DNA from: Cyanobacteria bacterium J06627_8
Lineage (GTDB): Bacteria > Cyanobacteriota > Cyanobacteriia > CAKZMO01
Assembly: GCA_038520475.1 (NCBI GenBank)
Contig: JBCBLF010000003.1
Location: forward strand, 1-60,445
Length of the DNA stretch: 60,445 nucleotides
Reading direction: 5' to 3'
The first letter of the stretch is position 1. Each line of letters opens with the position of its first letter. The translations under genes and the position numbers were made by a program. The notes beneath the pieces were generated by a model, which was given only the letters and a program-made list of their open reading frames with translations, had not been told where the DNA came from and ran no database searches. This document shows positions 18,178 to 28,192 of this stretch, piece by piece.

Positions 18178-19596
18178 TCACACGTTAGTATCGTCTACAT
18201 CTTCAACACTCAATAAACCGTCGTCATCAAAGTCGCCTAAGAAACGGCTTTGTGAAAAGATTCGATACTGATGCTTGGAAGGATGAGACTTGCCGTTCGC
18301 TAGTATGCCTGTGGTTGAGGATGGTGGTGACTTGTGCATCTCGACCAACGTATATTCGGTGCTACCGACATGAATGGTCATCACAATATTGAAAATCTCG
18401 AAGAAGCTCACAACCCACTTACAGTCTTCTTCTGAGTATTTTTCATAGTATCTAATTAAATCTGCAATCCGTGCCTCTAAATGTGTTCGAACATTGCGGC
18501 ACATCAGCACGATCTTTAAGAGCATTGTAACGAGCGTGAGTGGACTCCCTTGAGACAGCAACATCAAAAACAATTGGGAGGGAGACTCATGATCTTCTGT
18601 TGTCAACATATCGACAACACGATTCGCTGTTCGCAGTAAAAGTGCATCATCTATGGTTTTGTCTTCATACGAAACATAGAGATGCGCCAACTTTTCAAGG
18701 AGATGGGTTTCAAATCGTTGAACGAATTCGTTATTGCCTAACGAATAGATGAGATATTGCTTTAGGCTCGACTTGAACACCTTATAGTTAAGGTTTTGTG
18801 TTTGTTGCCGGAAGATATTCGCTAAATTTGCGTAGCTGAAGACACCCTGTTTTGCGATTACAGTTTTAATTAATCGCAGGCTCTCATCTCCAAGATATGT
18901 AGGATTCTTTACTTCGCGTTTTTGAGCATGAATACTCTCAGACAATGCCGTGTAAAACGCTAAGTCAAACTTGAATTTGTTTTTGAGCTTTTGCGACAGC
19001 GCTCGTGCTGCTTCTCGTTGCTCAACCGAGTTTTCTAAATTAATGTATTGGGGCACGAGGAGATAAGACGTATATCGATTGCTCCAGTGAGAATTAATGT
19101 CTTGGTCATATCGAGATGCAAACAATCGAAGCTCTTCAAAGTCTTTGCTGTCTACAAAACCTCTGACCCAAGAGCGTAACCTCCGAATAATCGGTGCTTG
19201 TGCGTCTTGATAAAGCGATTCTTCAGAAAAGAGCTGGATTAACTTTTGAATCGAATCATGGCTCCGGCTGAGGTCCCAATTGTTAATCAGAATGTAACAA
19301 GATCGCTTTAGGGTGTGTCTAAATTCTCGCTCGTTGTTGGCAAATACAATTTCATACACGGCTGGCAATAGTGCCGAGCTTGCTGTATTGATGTGGTGAA
19401 TAAATAAGTGCTTGAATTCCTCAAGCACCTCGTCTGGAGAGCTTTCATGTACCGCTGCCAGCAAGTATTCGTAAATAATTTGCTGAGCTTGTGCGATGTC
19501 ACGGTGCGAATGATTTAGCTTTGATATTGCTCGATGTTGGCGTGCATCACCTGAATACTTCTTTGGTAGATCGTTCACAACCATGACAGTGTTCAT
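18178..19596 (-). CDS. Hypothetical all-helical soluble protein (about 472 aa) with an acidic C-terminus
   Basis: A long uninterrupted ORF with coding-like composition and no motif I recognise. I prefer ATG 19596 (MNTVMVV...) over the GTG at 19623. Confidence 0.6.
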   Translation of the reverse strand: MNTVMVVNDLPKKYSGDARQHRAISKLNHSHRDIAQAQQIIYEYLLAAVHESSPDEVLEEFKHLFIHHINTASSALLPAVYEIVFANNEREFRHTLKRSCYILINNWDLSRSHDSIQKLIQLFSEESLYQDAQAPIIRRLRSWVRGFVDSKDFEELRLFASRYDQDINSHWSNRYTSYLLVPQYINLENSVEQREAARALSQKLKNKFKFDLAFYTALSESIHAQKREVKNPTYLGDESLRLIKTVIAKQGVFSYANLANIFRQQTQNLNYKVFKSSLKQYLIYSLGNNEFVQRFETHLLEKLAHLYVSYEDKTIDDALLLRTANRVVDMLTTEDHESPSQLFLMLLSQGSPLTLVTMLLKIVLMCRNVRTHLEARIADLIRYYEKYSEEDCKWVVSFFEIFNIVMTIHVGSTEYTLVEMHKSPPSSTTGILANGKSHPSKHQYRIFSQSRFLGDFDDDGLLSVEDVDDTNV

Positions 19597-20667
19597 ACTA
19601 ACTTTTACCTTTCTGAAGGACACTGAACAATGAGCTTTTTCTTACGCTGTCAATGCACATTGGATGCTGAGCGATCGCCACACAACACTTCTATATGAAA
19701 AGAATTCAAACGCCCTAGATAACTAACACGTGTATCTAGAATTCAAACTTCTTTCCTTGCACATCTCACAACACACAAGAAATTTTAGGGTTGTTTAGTG
19801 TCCTAATGCCCAGATCTACAACAGCTCACTCGCTGATTCTGGTCACATCGAGATAAATTTATACGCTTGATTTCGATTGATTGAATAAGTAAACCCATGG
19901 GAGAACTCTGACTATCTGACATCACAAAGGACGACCTGATATCAGCTCGAGAAAGTGGAACGACAACGTCACTGATTTTCTATCAGCTCCCTCAAAAAGA
20001 AAGCAGGCATCCAAAACTTAATCAATCAATGTAAACGACACATTGATTGAGCCTGATAGCGTGAGATTTCACCCTTCACACGATTGTTTTGGCGTTAAAT
20101 ACAGTTAAAAACTGCAATTGACAATGTCTAATATCGGCAATCCTAAACGATAGCCGGACAGACACTTCGAGCCAGCAATTGCTCTGCTAGCCGTTTTTAA
20201 CTAACAGGCAACAAAAACAGTGGAGTTCTAATGAGCTTCCACTGACCCAAATGTTCAATCGTTGCGACTCGGAAAAAGAAACAAACAATTCTTGATGCAC
20301 CCGTTGCACGTTGGAAGACCACTTGCTGAAGTATCTTTCGCTCGTAGAATCAACCCAACATGCTTCAAACTCATGCAAGATAGACGTGAATTAACTGCTT
20401 AGGATAGGCCTAGATACAATTGAAACCTTCTATCCGACAGATGAGATTGACGCTTTCTCACAGGTCTTGTGACCTGTTTCTCCTCTCAGTTTAGGAATTT
20501 AATGACCATACTGCTTAAAAGCATAAGAGATTTTAATAATTCACCCGCAGATTGACGTATGCTCACACTATTCAGTGTGTTTTTATGAAGTCCGAAAGTG
20601 TTACTTTTTGTTAAAAATTAGGTTCTGCGAAAATCCACTGTTTTCGATGCATGAGTGGGGTTTCTTG

Positions 20668-21843
20668 TTAAAAGAACTCGGCAATCCAAGGAGGAGATCC
20701 GGCAAAGATTTGAGCGGCGATCGCCAAACTATCGTCGGGCCCGGTCAACCACCCCAGCCACTTGAGCTGTTGAGGATGATGTCGTCCTGAATAGAGAGAA
20801 GCAAGGGCTCGAATCGTGAGTTGGGTGTCGCTTCGTCCACCAGTTTGAACAGTTCCACGCCCCTTCTCAACGGTTAAGACATAGGAAGTTGTATTGGCTT
20901 CAAGTCCATCATCCTGGACCTGAAAATGGAATTCTCCTGTGACGTGTGATGGATAGCCTCGCTGTTCAAGAGCTAAGGGAACATTAATAATGCGCAACAT
21001 CCAATATTCAATTCCAGTCATTTGAGCGACTTGTTCAGCTAAGAGTGGCAGCATCGGATCTGATATGCCGCTAGACCAACGAACTCGGTCGATTTGAGAA
21101 CGATGCCCGTAAAGGAAGTTCCACAGAGATGTGGCAGCTTCGACGGTGGTTGCCGTCCAGTCTCGAATCGAGAGAATGCCTCCCTCTTGATCTCGTTTTT
21201 GCGTGAACACCACGTAGCCCTGAGGAGTCTCGACGCTGCCAACTCCGTAGCCATAGATTAGCTCGTCGGCTTTGGTATAAAGCTTTTGCTGCCAAATGGA
21301 TGAGTGGCGATCGCTCAGGCCATTGTATTGAGACGCATATTGCTCATAGATGGGGTTCAATACATCGGGTTCAGGAGAAATCGGTGTTATCGGTAGCGAT
21401 CGCTCAAACCGCCCAATCTGGTCAGTACGAATCTCCCAGGCACAGCGAGTTCCTCCCTGTTCATAGCCTGCTTTTCGGTAGAGGCGTTGGGTTGCTGGAT
21501 AAAGCACTGAGATCGCAAACCCTGAATCGTAAAGTTCTTGAATCCCTGACCGCATCAGATGAATTGCACTGCCATCGCCACGATATTCAGGGAAAATGCC
21601 CACAGCAGCAATGCCTGCCATTGACACGCGCTGTCCTCCCCACCACTGCCTCATCGGCAAGATACAGAGTCCTCCGACGATCTGTTCCGACCGACACAAT
21701 ACCCGAAAATTTTCTGCACCGACTTGGTTGAGATAAGTTTCAGCTCCGCTGTCTGAGCCAACGAAACATTGGGCATCTAGCGATTGAAACAATTGCTTTT
21801 CTTGATCGTTGGCCAAGGGGCGATACGTGAGAGCACAGGTCAT
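20668..21843 (-). CDS. Eis-like GNAT N-acetyltransferase with a C-terminal SCP2-like domain
   Basis: GNAT motif A region (GIAAVGIFPEYRGDGSA) and a length and architecture typical of the Eis family. The listed ORF extends to 21915, and ATG 21843 gives the family-typical N-terminus. Confidence 0.75.
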   Translation of the reverse strand: MTCALTYRPLANDQEKQLFQSLDAQCFVGSDSGAETYLNQVGAENFRVLCRSEQIVGGLCILPMRQWWGGQRVSMAGIAAVGIFPEYRGDGSAIHLMRSGIQELYDSGFAISVLYPATQRLYRKAGYEQGGTRCAWEIRTDQIGRFERSLPITPISPEPDVLNPIYEQYASQYNGLSDRHSSIWQQKLYTKADELIYGYGVGSVETPQGYVVFTQKRDQEGGILSIRDWTATTVEAATSLWNFLYGHRSQIDRVRWSSGISDPMLPLLAEQVAQMTGIEYWMLRIINVPLALEQRGYPSHVTGEFHFQVQDDGLEANTTSYVLTVEKGRGTVQTGGRSDTQLTIRALASLYSGRHHPQQLKWLGWLTGPDDSLAIAAQIFAGSPPWIAEFF

Positions 21844-22350
21844 AGAAGAAGATACAGAGTGACAAGCTGCTCCGATTATCGCTGAAGGTTGCCATTGGAT
21901 GAGTGGCGTCATCAATCAATCATCGAAATTCTTGGAGGTAAGCATTACTCTTTCCGCCATCAAGTGTACGGCTGAACAATACGTAGGTATCTAAGAGATT
22001 GATTCCATTAACGTCTTCATCAAACGCAAGGTTGAGTCGACGTCACCTTAGGTTTTAGGGTTGGTGCGTTGTTCCACACAGCAATCTGTCTCGCAGCGCG
22101 ATCGCCACGGATTGCCAGACGGTAAAATTCGTCTCAACTCATCTGTTGCACCTGGGTGTTGTAGCGTGTGTCGTGCATCTACGACACCCAGAGCTAGAAG
22201 GTGATTCAGCAAGATACAAGATATGAGTCAATGCATTTTTAGTGGAACGCTTAGCGGCGGCGATAGATTCATAGAGATTGGGTTGCCAGATAGGCAGTTA
22301 ACGACAGCCTATACGTTCAACCATTCTTAAAAACGATAAGGGAGCAATGG

Positions 22351-23082
22351 ATGATGGATATTGAAATCGTGCATTCATTCACAATGGATTCAATGACTCA
22401 CGCTGTCGCGAGTGGAATTGATGGGGTGAGAGCCATGCTCCTAACCGAATCCTCTCCAACTGGTATGCCCGAACGATTGGTGATTGTTTGGCAAACGATT
22501 CTTCCTGAAACGTTTAGGAATCAACTCCGCATTTTGCTCGGTGGTGTAACGGCGATGTGGACGGTTGAGCTTGTCGATTCGTTGATACTCAATAACTGGC
22601 TTAATCGCTATGGCATTCGTCCTCGGCGCATCACTGGATTGAGTGGCATTATTATCGCACCGCTGCTGCATGGAGATTTGGCGCACCTTGCGGCTAACAC
22701 GTTGCCATTTATGGTTTTAGGCTGGTTCATCATGCTGGGGGACGTGTCAGACTTCTTTGTTGTAACGGCGCTAGTGTGGTTGTGCAGCGGTTTTGCAGTG
22801 TGGTTATTGGCTCCAGCAAAAACAAATCATATCGGTGCTAGCGGCATCGTATTTGGCTATCTTGGCTTTTTACTGTTAAAGGGCTATTTCGAACGCAGTT
22901 TTTTGGCGATCGCCTTAGCTGTGTTATCTGGCATCTTGTATAGTGGCTCGCTATGGGGAATGTTGCCACTGCGAAAAGGTCGATCCTGGCAAGGCCATCT
23001 GTTTGGATTCATCACTGGGGCGATCGCTGCTCGATACATCACTGAAATTCAAACCTGGCTGCAATCATCTAATGGCCTGTAA
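22351..23082 (+). CDS. Rhomboid-family intramembrane serine protease
   Basis: The catalytic GASGIVFG motif, an upstream HxxxxHxxxN-like segment (HGDLAHLAANTLPF), and a catalytic His-containing TM (WQGHLFGFITG). Confidence 0.85.
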   Translation: MMDIEIVHSFTMDSMTHAVASGIDGVRAMLLTESSPTGMPERLVIVWQTILPETFRNQLRILLGGVTAMWTVELVDSLILNNWLNRYGIRPRRITGLSGIIIAPLLHGDLAHLAANTLPFMVLGWFIMLGDVSDFFVVTALVWLCSGFAVWLLAPAKTNHIGASGIVFGYLGFLLLKGYFERSFLAIALAVLSGILYSGSLWGMLPLRKGRSWQGHLFGFITGAIAARYITEIQTWLQSSNGL

Positions 23083-23284
23083 ATCAGCATGAACGGTCAT
23101 GTGACACACGATGTCTTCGGCTGAGTAGCCGACGAATAATATCGATGCTTAAGCTTGATTCAGTCCCAGGCTTGCCTGAGTCCGAATCAAGCGTAGGTTC
23201 GACGTTTTGTCATGTCATTTTTATATTTATCGGAATAGTGCTGTAGTAGGATGATTTGGAAAAAAGAATGTGTGGGGATTCGGC

Positions 23285-24466
23285 ATGACTAATTCGTTGC
23301 CTCCTGATCCGGAGCGTCGGCGAGAGCGCGATGATGAGTGGATTGCAGCGTTCGTTGCCTTGGCTGCCATTGGAACGATTGTTTTCTTAGGGTTGGCCCG
23401 TGGTGGAAATCGGCTGAATCTTGCTAACTTAAACCCGCTTTCTGGTGTAACAGACGACGACGTGTCTGACGACTTTTCATCGGAAGATTCTGATACGGAC
23501 GGGGGTCTCTTTGGTTTTCTAGAGGAGGAGCGTATCGGTGGCGCTGATCGTGAGGATGATTCATCGGACCTATTTTCTGGGGTCTCGCGGTTTAACCCGT
23601 TCAATCGAGAGGACTCAGAAACCGATCGCAGTTCTCGTGACCTTGGCGTGGGTACTGACTCGGATGACATCTCTGATTTAGAGAGTTCGATCACAGGTGA
23701 TGGTGCACAAGATGCTGGTGATGATCCATCATCAGTTGTCATTCCTCCTGTGGTGCTTCCAGAAACACCAGCCGATGAAACAGATGAAGAGCCTCTTGCC
23801 ACTGAACCTGACCCCGCTGCTGAAGAACCCGTTGACGAAGAGCCACTTGCTCAGCCGATTGAACCCATACAAGAGGCGATCGCCTTCTCCGACGTGTCTG
23901 ATACATTTTGGGCAAAGCCGTTTATCGATAGTCTGAGCGAACGAGGAATCATCAGCGGTTTTGAAGATAATCGCTTTGATCCGGAAGGCGATATCAACCG
24001 TGCACAGTTTGCGGCAAGTATTCAAGCTGCATTTGGTGATGAATCCCTTGCCGATGCGGTTCAATACACGGATGTCACTTCAGACTACTGGGCAAATGAT
24101 TCGATTCAAAAGGCATCTGACATTGGATTTATGTCAGGCTACCCCGAAGGAGACTTTCGTCCGGAAAACCAAGTGACGCGCCTTGAGGTGTTGGTTGCTC
24201 TAGTAACTGGCCTTGGTCTGGCGACTCCAGATGATCCGGAGTCATTCCTCCAGGCCTATCAAGACCGTGCGGAGATTTCAGAGTGGGCGATCGAAAAAAT
24301 TGCCGCTGCTACTGAGGCAGGCTTGGTTGTGAACCACCCTACAATTGAGATTTTAAGACCCAGCGACCCAGCAACCCGTGCTGAAGCGTCTGCCATGATC
24401 TATCAAGCCCTTCGCAGCCAAAACCGTGTGCCTGCTGTAAATTCGGTTTACATCGTCTCTCCGTAA
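23285..24466 (+). CDS. SLH-domain envelope protein with an acidic low-complexity N-terminal region
   Basis: One TM, a roughly 170-aa Asp/Glu/Ser-rich region, then three SLH repeats (FSDVSDTFWAKPFI..., YTDVTSDYWANDSI..., and a third ending PATRAEASAMIYQAL). Confidence 0.85.
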   Translation: MTNSLPPDPERRRERDDEWIAAFVALAAIGTIVFLGLARGGNRLNLANLNPLSGVTDDDVSDDFSSEDSDTDGGLFGFLEEERIGGADREDDSSDLFSGVSRFNPFNREDSETDRSSRDLGVGTDSDDISDLESSITGDGAQDAGDDPSSVVIPPVVLPETPADETDEEPLATEPDPAAEEPVDEEPLAQPIEPIQEAIAFSDVSDTFWAKPFIDSLSERGIISGFEDNRFDPEGDINRAQFAASIQAAFGDESLADAVQYTDVTSDYWANDSIQKASDIGFMSGYPEGDFRPENQVTRLEVLVALVTGLGLATPDDPESFLQAYQDRAEISEWAIEKIAAATEAGLVVNHPTIEILRPSDPATRAEASAMIYQALRSQNRVPAVNSVYIVSP

Positions 24467-24562
24467 AGAGTCGTTTGCGATCGCCCTTTATGCTTCATGT
24501 CATATCAAATCTGGGTTTTCCAAGCCGGATTTGGTATTAGAACAGTGGATACTGCTGTGAAT

Positions 24563-24609
24563 AAAAAACAATGAGCGTGCGGGCACTGCCCGCACGCTCA
24601 TTGTTTTTC
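24563..24609. terminator. Bidirectional intrinsic terminator
   Basis: An A6 run, a GC-rich perfect stem (caatgagcgtgcgggc / gcccgcacgctcattg) and a T5 run, between the convergent SLH gene and the small Cys-rich gene. Confidence 0.85.
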
Positions 24610-24647
24610 ATGTAAAAGACTCGAGAAATGTGAAAGATTCACGTTCC

Positions 24648-24866
24648 TTAGTCTTGGTTAGAAATACCATCTTCTGGGAAGACCCACTGGGTTGGAGCCA
24701 TCATTTTCTTACGGACCGCTTCTTCAGCGATCGCCAACATATCGTCTAAAGACGTGCTTTCAATAAAGCTAGATGCCTTATCTTTATATTCTAAATTGGG
24801 ACAATCGTCGCCCAAGACGCAGCCATTGACACACATCTTGGCACAATCAATCGTTTGCTCTGACAT
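24648..24866 (-). CDS. Small Cys-rich protein (CX3CX3CX5C), function unknown
   Basis: MSEQTIDCAKMCVNGCVLGDDCP... (72 aa from ATG 24866). It has four clustered Cys residues, then an amphipathic helix region. Confidence 0.6.
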   Translation of the reverse strand: MSEQTIDCAKMCVNGCVLGDDCPNLEYKDKASSFIESTSLDDMLAIAEEAVRKKMMAPTQWVFPEDGISNQD

Positions 24867-24960
24867 TGTTCTCAACTCCCTTTTGCTCTCTCAGAGCCGT
24901 CACGCTATTCATCATCATTTGTAAGTACTAATGGATAGCATCTACTTAGATGGTTAACGG

Positions 24961-25057
24961 AGTATCACCGTAATCAGTTCCGTTAGGACTAGGGGGCAAG
25001 TCATTTGGCTGTAGGCCAGAGAACTGAATGATACTCGGTGTCCTAGCCTAAGGCTAA
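24961..25057. repeat. Left copy of an imperfect inverted repeat of about 100 nt
   Basis: It aligns to the reverse complement of 28193-28290. The 21-nt perfect core is 25031-25051 = rc(28199-28219). My hand alignment gives 69 matches in 92 columns. Confidence 0.75.
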
Positions 25058-25095
25058 CCCTATAATTATGGTAACGCGCTTTCTATCGCAGGATG

Positions 25096-26232
25096 CTAGA
25101 GTTCCAGGCTGAGCTGAATGTAGTGCTGATTATCAACGTGTTTTGTTTGGAGCCGAGGTTTTGATTGGGATATAGATGGCCGGGTGTTCGGTTCAGCCAG
25201 GTTAGAAATGGTAATGCCAAGGAGCCGAACGTTTTTGTGTGGATTGAGGTGATCCACTAACAGCTGAGATGCGATCGCATAGAGTTCATGAGCTGTTTTA
25301 AGTAGCGTGTTCCCGGTGTTGCTGCGAGTGATTTGCTGGTAGTCTGCGTATTTAACTTTGAGGGTCAGCGTGTACCCATAGCGCTTATTTTTAGCAAGGC
25401 GTTCTTCAACAGATTGGGCAATGTCGTGTAAGGCAGCTTTCATCTCTTCCAACGCGGTCAAATCAGTTGTAAATGATTGCTCAGCGCCAATGGATTTTCG
25501 AATGCGATTGGGATTTACCGGTCGATTGTCTTCGCCTCGTGCCGCACGATAGTAGTAGTGCCCAACGCGCCCAAATTTGTTGACAAGGGCGTCTTCTGCC
25601 CACGTTTTGAGATCGGTTCCGGTGTGAATCCCAACAGCTTTCATTTTGGCAGCAGTAGCTTTGCCAATGCCATGAAACTTTTCGATGGGGAGCGTTTCGA
25701 CGAATGTTGCGGCATCTTGGGGCGGAATGAGGTAGAGGCCATCCGGTTTATCTAAGTCAGAGGCAATTTTGGCTAGGAATTTATTAACTGACACACCAGC
25801 TGAAGCCGTCAGCTGCGTTTCGGCCCGGATTGCTTGTTTAATTTCGCGGGCGATCGCCACTGCTGATGGAATATTTTTCTTGTTATCAGTTACGTCGAGA
25901 TAGGCCTCATCTAGAGACAGTGGTTCAACCAAATCGGTGTAACGAAAGAACACGGACCGAATGTGTTGAGATACCTCGCGATAGACGTCAAATCGGGGCT
26001 TCACAAAAATGAGATGAGGACATCGCTGTTGTGCGACACGAGATGGCATTGCCGAACGAACTCCGTACGTCCGGGCTTCATAGCTAGCAGCAGCAACGGC
26101 TCCTCGTTGTTCCGGACGACCGCCGACAACGATGGGCTTACCTCGATATTCTGGATGATCGCGCTGTTCAACAGATGCGTAAAACGCATCCATATCAATA
26201 TGAATGATTTTGCGAACAGGTTCAGTCGTCAC
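25096..26232 (-). CDS. dinB: DNA polymerase IV (Y-family)
   Basis: IIHIDMDAFYASVEQ, SLDEAYLDVT, and the palm, finger and little-finger order typical of DinB. Confidence 0.95.
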   Translation of the reverse strand: MTTEPVRKIIHIDMDAFYASVEQRDHPEYRGKPIVVGGRPEQRGAVAAASYEARTYGVRSAMPSRVAQQRCPHLIFVKPRFDVYREVSQHIRSVFFRYTDLVEPLSLDEAYLDVTDNKKNIPSAVAIAREIKQAIRAETQLTASAGVSVNKFLAKIASDLDKPDGLYLIPPQDAATFVETLPIEKFHGIGKATAAKMKAVGIHTGTDLKTWAEDALVNKFGRVGHYYYRAARGEDNRPVNPNRIRKSIGAEQSFTTDLTALEEMKAALHDIAQSVEERLAKNKRYGYTLTLKVKYADYQQITRSNTGNTLLKTAHELYAIASQLLVDHLNPHKNVRLLGITISNLAEPNTRPSISQSKPRLQTKHVDNQHYIQLSLEL

Positions 26233-26237
26233 GACAG

Positions 26238-27953
26238 TTAGATCTGAAACACGCGGTAATCATGAATTGGGCGAATCAATGGAGGCTGACGAGTCGGTTT
26301 GGCGATCGCCTCTTCTGAGAGCATTTCATCCTGGCGATCATCGTCTTGGACAGTGTCCAGCGCATCTGAGACTGCTGCTACCTCTTCATCTGGATCATTT
26401 AGCTCTGACGGCATGACATCTATGCCTTCCTCGATTGGCGAATCAACGGCTGCGTCAATGGTTATCTCGGTTGCAGAAGCAGAGTCCATTGGAATTGACT
26501 CTGTTTCTACCTGCATCGGTTTGATTGCAGTATCCGGTAAGCGGCTAGATTCATCAACAGCAGACTCAGGGGTATCAGTACTATCTAGTGTCGGAGCAAC
26601 CGTCAGTTCACGCATCTCATCTGCATCACGCTCACTGGGAATCTGTTGGTCTATAGTATCTGGTTCTTCCAAGGGAGATTCTATTGAGCGCATGTCCCCT
26701 TCAAGGGGTTCCGTTGAAAGAGGTTCCGTGATTTCGTCAAATGATGCTTGTCCTTGAGCATCCTCAGTATTAACAACAGAAGATTCGTCTGAAGCAGCGT
26801 CAGAAGGCTCGGGCTCTTGCTCTTTCAGCTCTTCTGGAGAGTCAAAGACAGTGGCTTCCTCTTCTTCAATCGGTTCAGATAGGGCAGAGGCATCATCAGA
26901 CAGCTCTGATTTGTCCGCAGCTTCTTCATCAAGGACCTCAGGCTCGACAGTCTCAGATTCCAGTACATTAGGCTGAGGACTTTCAGGTTCAATGACCTCA
27001 GGTTCGATAATCACCGGCATGGGTTCATAGTCTGGATCGACCATCTGCATCATGGCGTCCGTTGACAATTCCCCTCGAATCAGCCTTGAAAGGGCATCGT
27101 CACCGCCCGGTGCATAGTCAATCAATCGTGCCGTGCTGTTAAACGGTCCGTCAATGACCGTGCCATTTGAGTCGATAAGCTCTAATTTGACCCAGTTCAA
27201 CCCAGGAACGAAGCCCGTTAGGTAAATCGGCTCCCACGTATCGAAGGTAAAACGTTGCCCGTTGACGGTTCCTCGAATCTGCCAATCTTCAATATCATCA
27301 TCGGCTGACTCCCGAGCCAAGACGTGCAGTGGTGCGTCGGACAGATAGAAATCCAGCATGATAGGTTCAGCGCCGTATGAACTCGCAGGGCGACTGTATG
27401 TCAGCAGTGGTTGGCTTTCGATTGGGGCACTATTTGCTGTATCTGTAAACACGTCAAAGGTAACTTGTGCATAAGCCCCTGCATTTTTGAAGCTTTCATG
27501 CCAGGGCCGAGAAGCGAATGCCCGGATGGTGTGTGTGCCGGGTTCAAGATCGTTAAAGGTGATGGGCTGCGCAGTGTCATACACCGCCTGATATTTCTGA
27601 TTGTCGAGCACTACATGTAAATGAGGCCCTAACCCTGACGCTTCATCCTTAAACAACGGCAAGTCGTTTACTTGGAACTTGACTGAAACCGTTGTGTCGT
27701 AAAGAACCTCTCCAAAGCGAGGACTCAAAATTTGTACTTGAGGCTCATACCCATCGATTGCTCGCCGAAGGGATTGAATCGATGCTGGAGGAGAGACTTC
27801 GACAATTTCTTTTGCGAAGCGCTTGAATGAACGACTAGATAATGATGCAGGTTGATTAGAAGATGGGCGATCGCCGCACCCCGTCACGACCAATGCTAGA
27901 ACCAACACACAGATTCCGATCACATATTTGTTGAAGATCGTCGTCCAATTCAT
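26238..27953 (-). CDS. Exported lipoprotein with beta-sandwich-like N-terminal half and an extremely acidic, roughly 250-aa C-terminal half
   Basis: A lipobox LVVTGC follows a signal-type TM when started at ATG 27953. The C-terminal half is dominated by E/D/S/P. Its stop lies 5 nt from the dinB start. Confidence 0.7.
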   Translation of the reverse strand: MNWTTIFNKYVIGICVLVLALVVTGCGDRPSSNQPASLSSRSFKRFAKEIVEVSPPASIQSLRRAIDGYEPQVQILSPRFGEVLYDTTVSVKFQVNDLPLFKDEASGLGPHLHVVLDNQKYQAVYDTAQPITFNDLEPGTHTIRAFASRPWHESFKNAGAYAQVTFDVFTDTANSAPIESQPLLTYSRPASSYGAEPIMLDFYLSDAPLHVLARESADDDIEDWQIRGTVNGQRFTFDTWEPIYLTGFVPGLNWVKLELIDSNGTVIDGPFNSTARLIDYAPGGDDALSRLIRGELSTDAMMQMVDPDYEPMPVIIEPEVIEPESPQPNVLESETVEPEVLDEEAADKSELSDDASALSEPIEEEEATVFDSPEELKEQEPEPSDAASDESSVVNTEDAQGQASFDEITEPLSTEPLEGDMRSIESPLEEPDTIDQQIPSERDADEMRELTVAPTLDSTDTPESAVDESSRLPDTAIKPMQVETESIPMDSASATEITIDAAVDSPIEEGIDVMPSELNDPDEEVAAVSDALDTVQDDDRQDEMLSEEAIAKPTRQPPLIRPIHDYRVFQI

Positions 27954-28192
27954 GTGCGATCGCATGCAGCTACTCCTCCTGTGGGTGACCACCCTCAAGT
28001 GTCTCACGGGTTCACCCTAACATTCCATTCCTTCATGGTTGTCACCGCAAAGCGGCTGAGCATCGACAGAAATTCTCCTCTTTGGGTGGCCGTAGTAGTT
28101 GCCATATTTTTGTTTGGGTTATCTCTCTTCTTAGGGGCTGCCGACGCAGCTGATTTTGGGAAATTTATTGCTGCCGATAGATTTATAGCTTT

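Noticed and set aside
23227-23802. Ser/Arg-rich antisense ORFs opposite the acidic-coding regions (23227-23802; 26299-26757).
   Set aside because: They are an artefact of GAx/GAy-rich codons read on the other strand. Their composition is low-complexity and they overlap well-supported genes.
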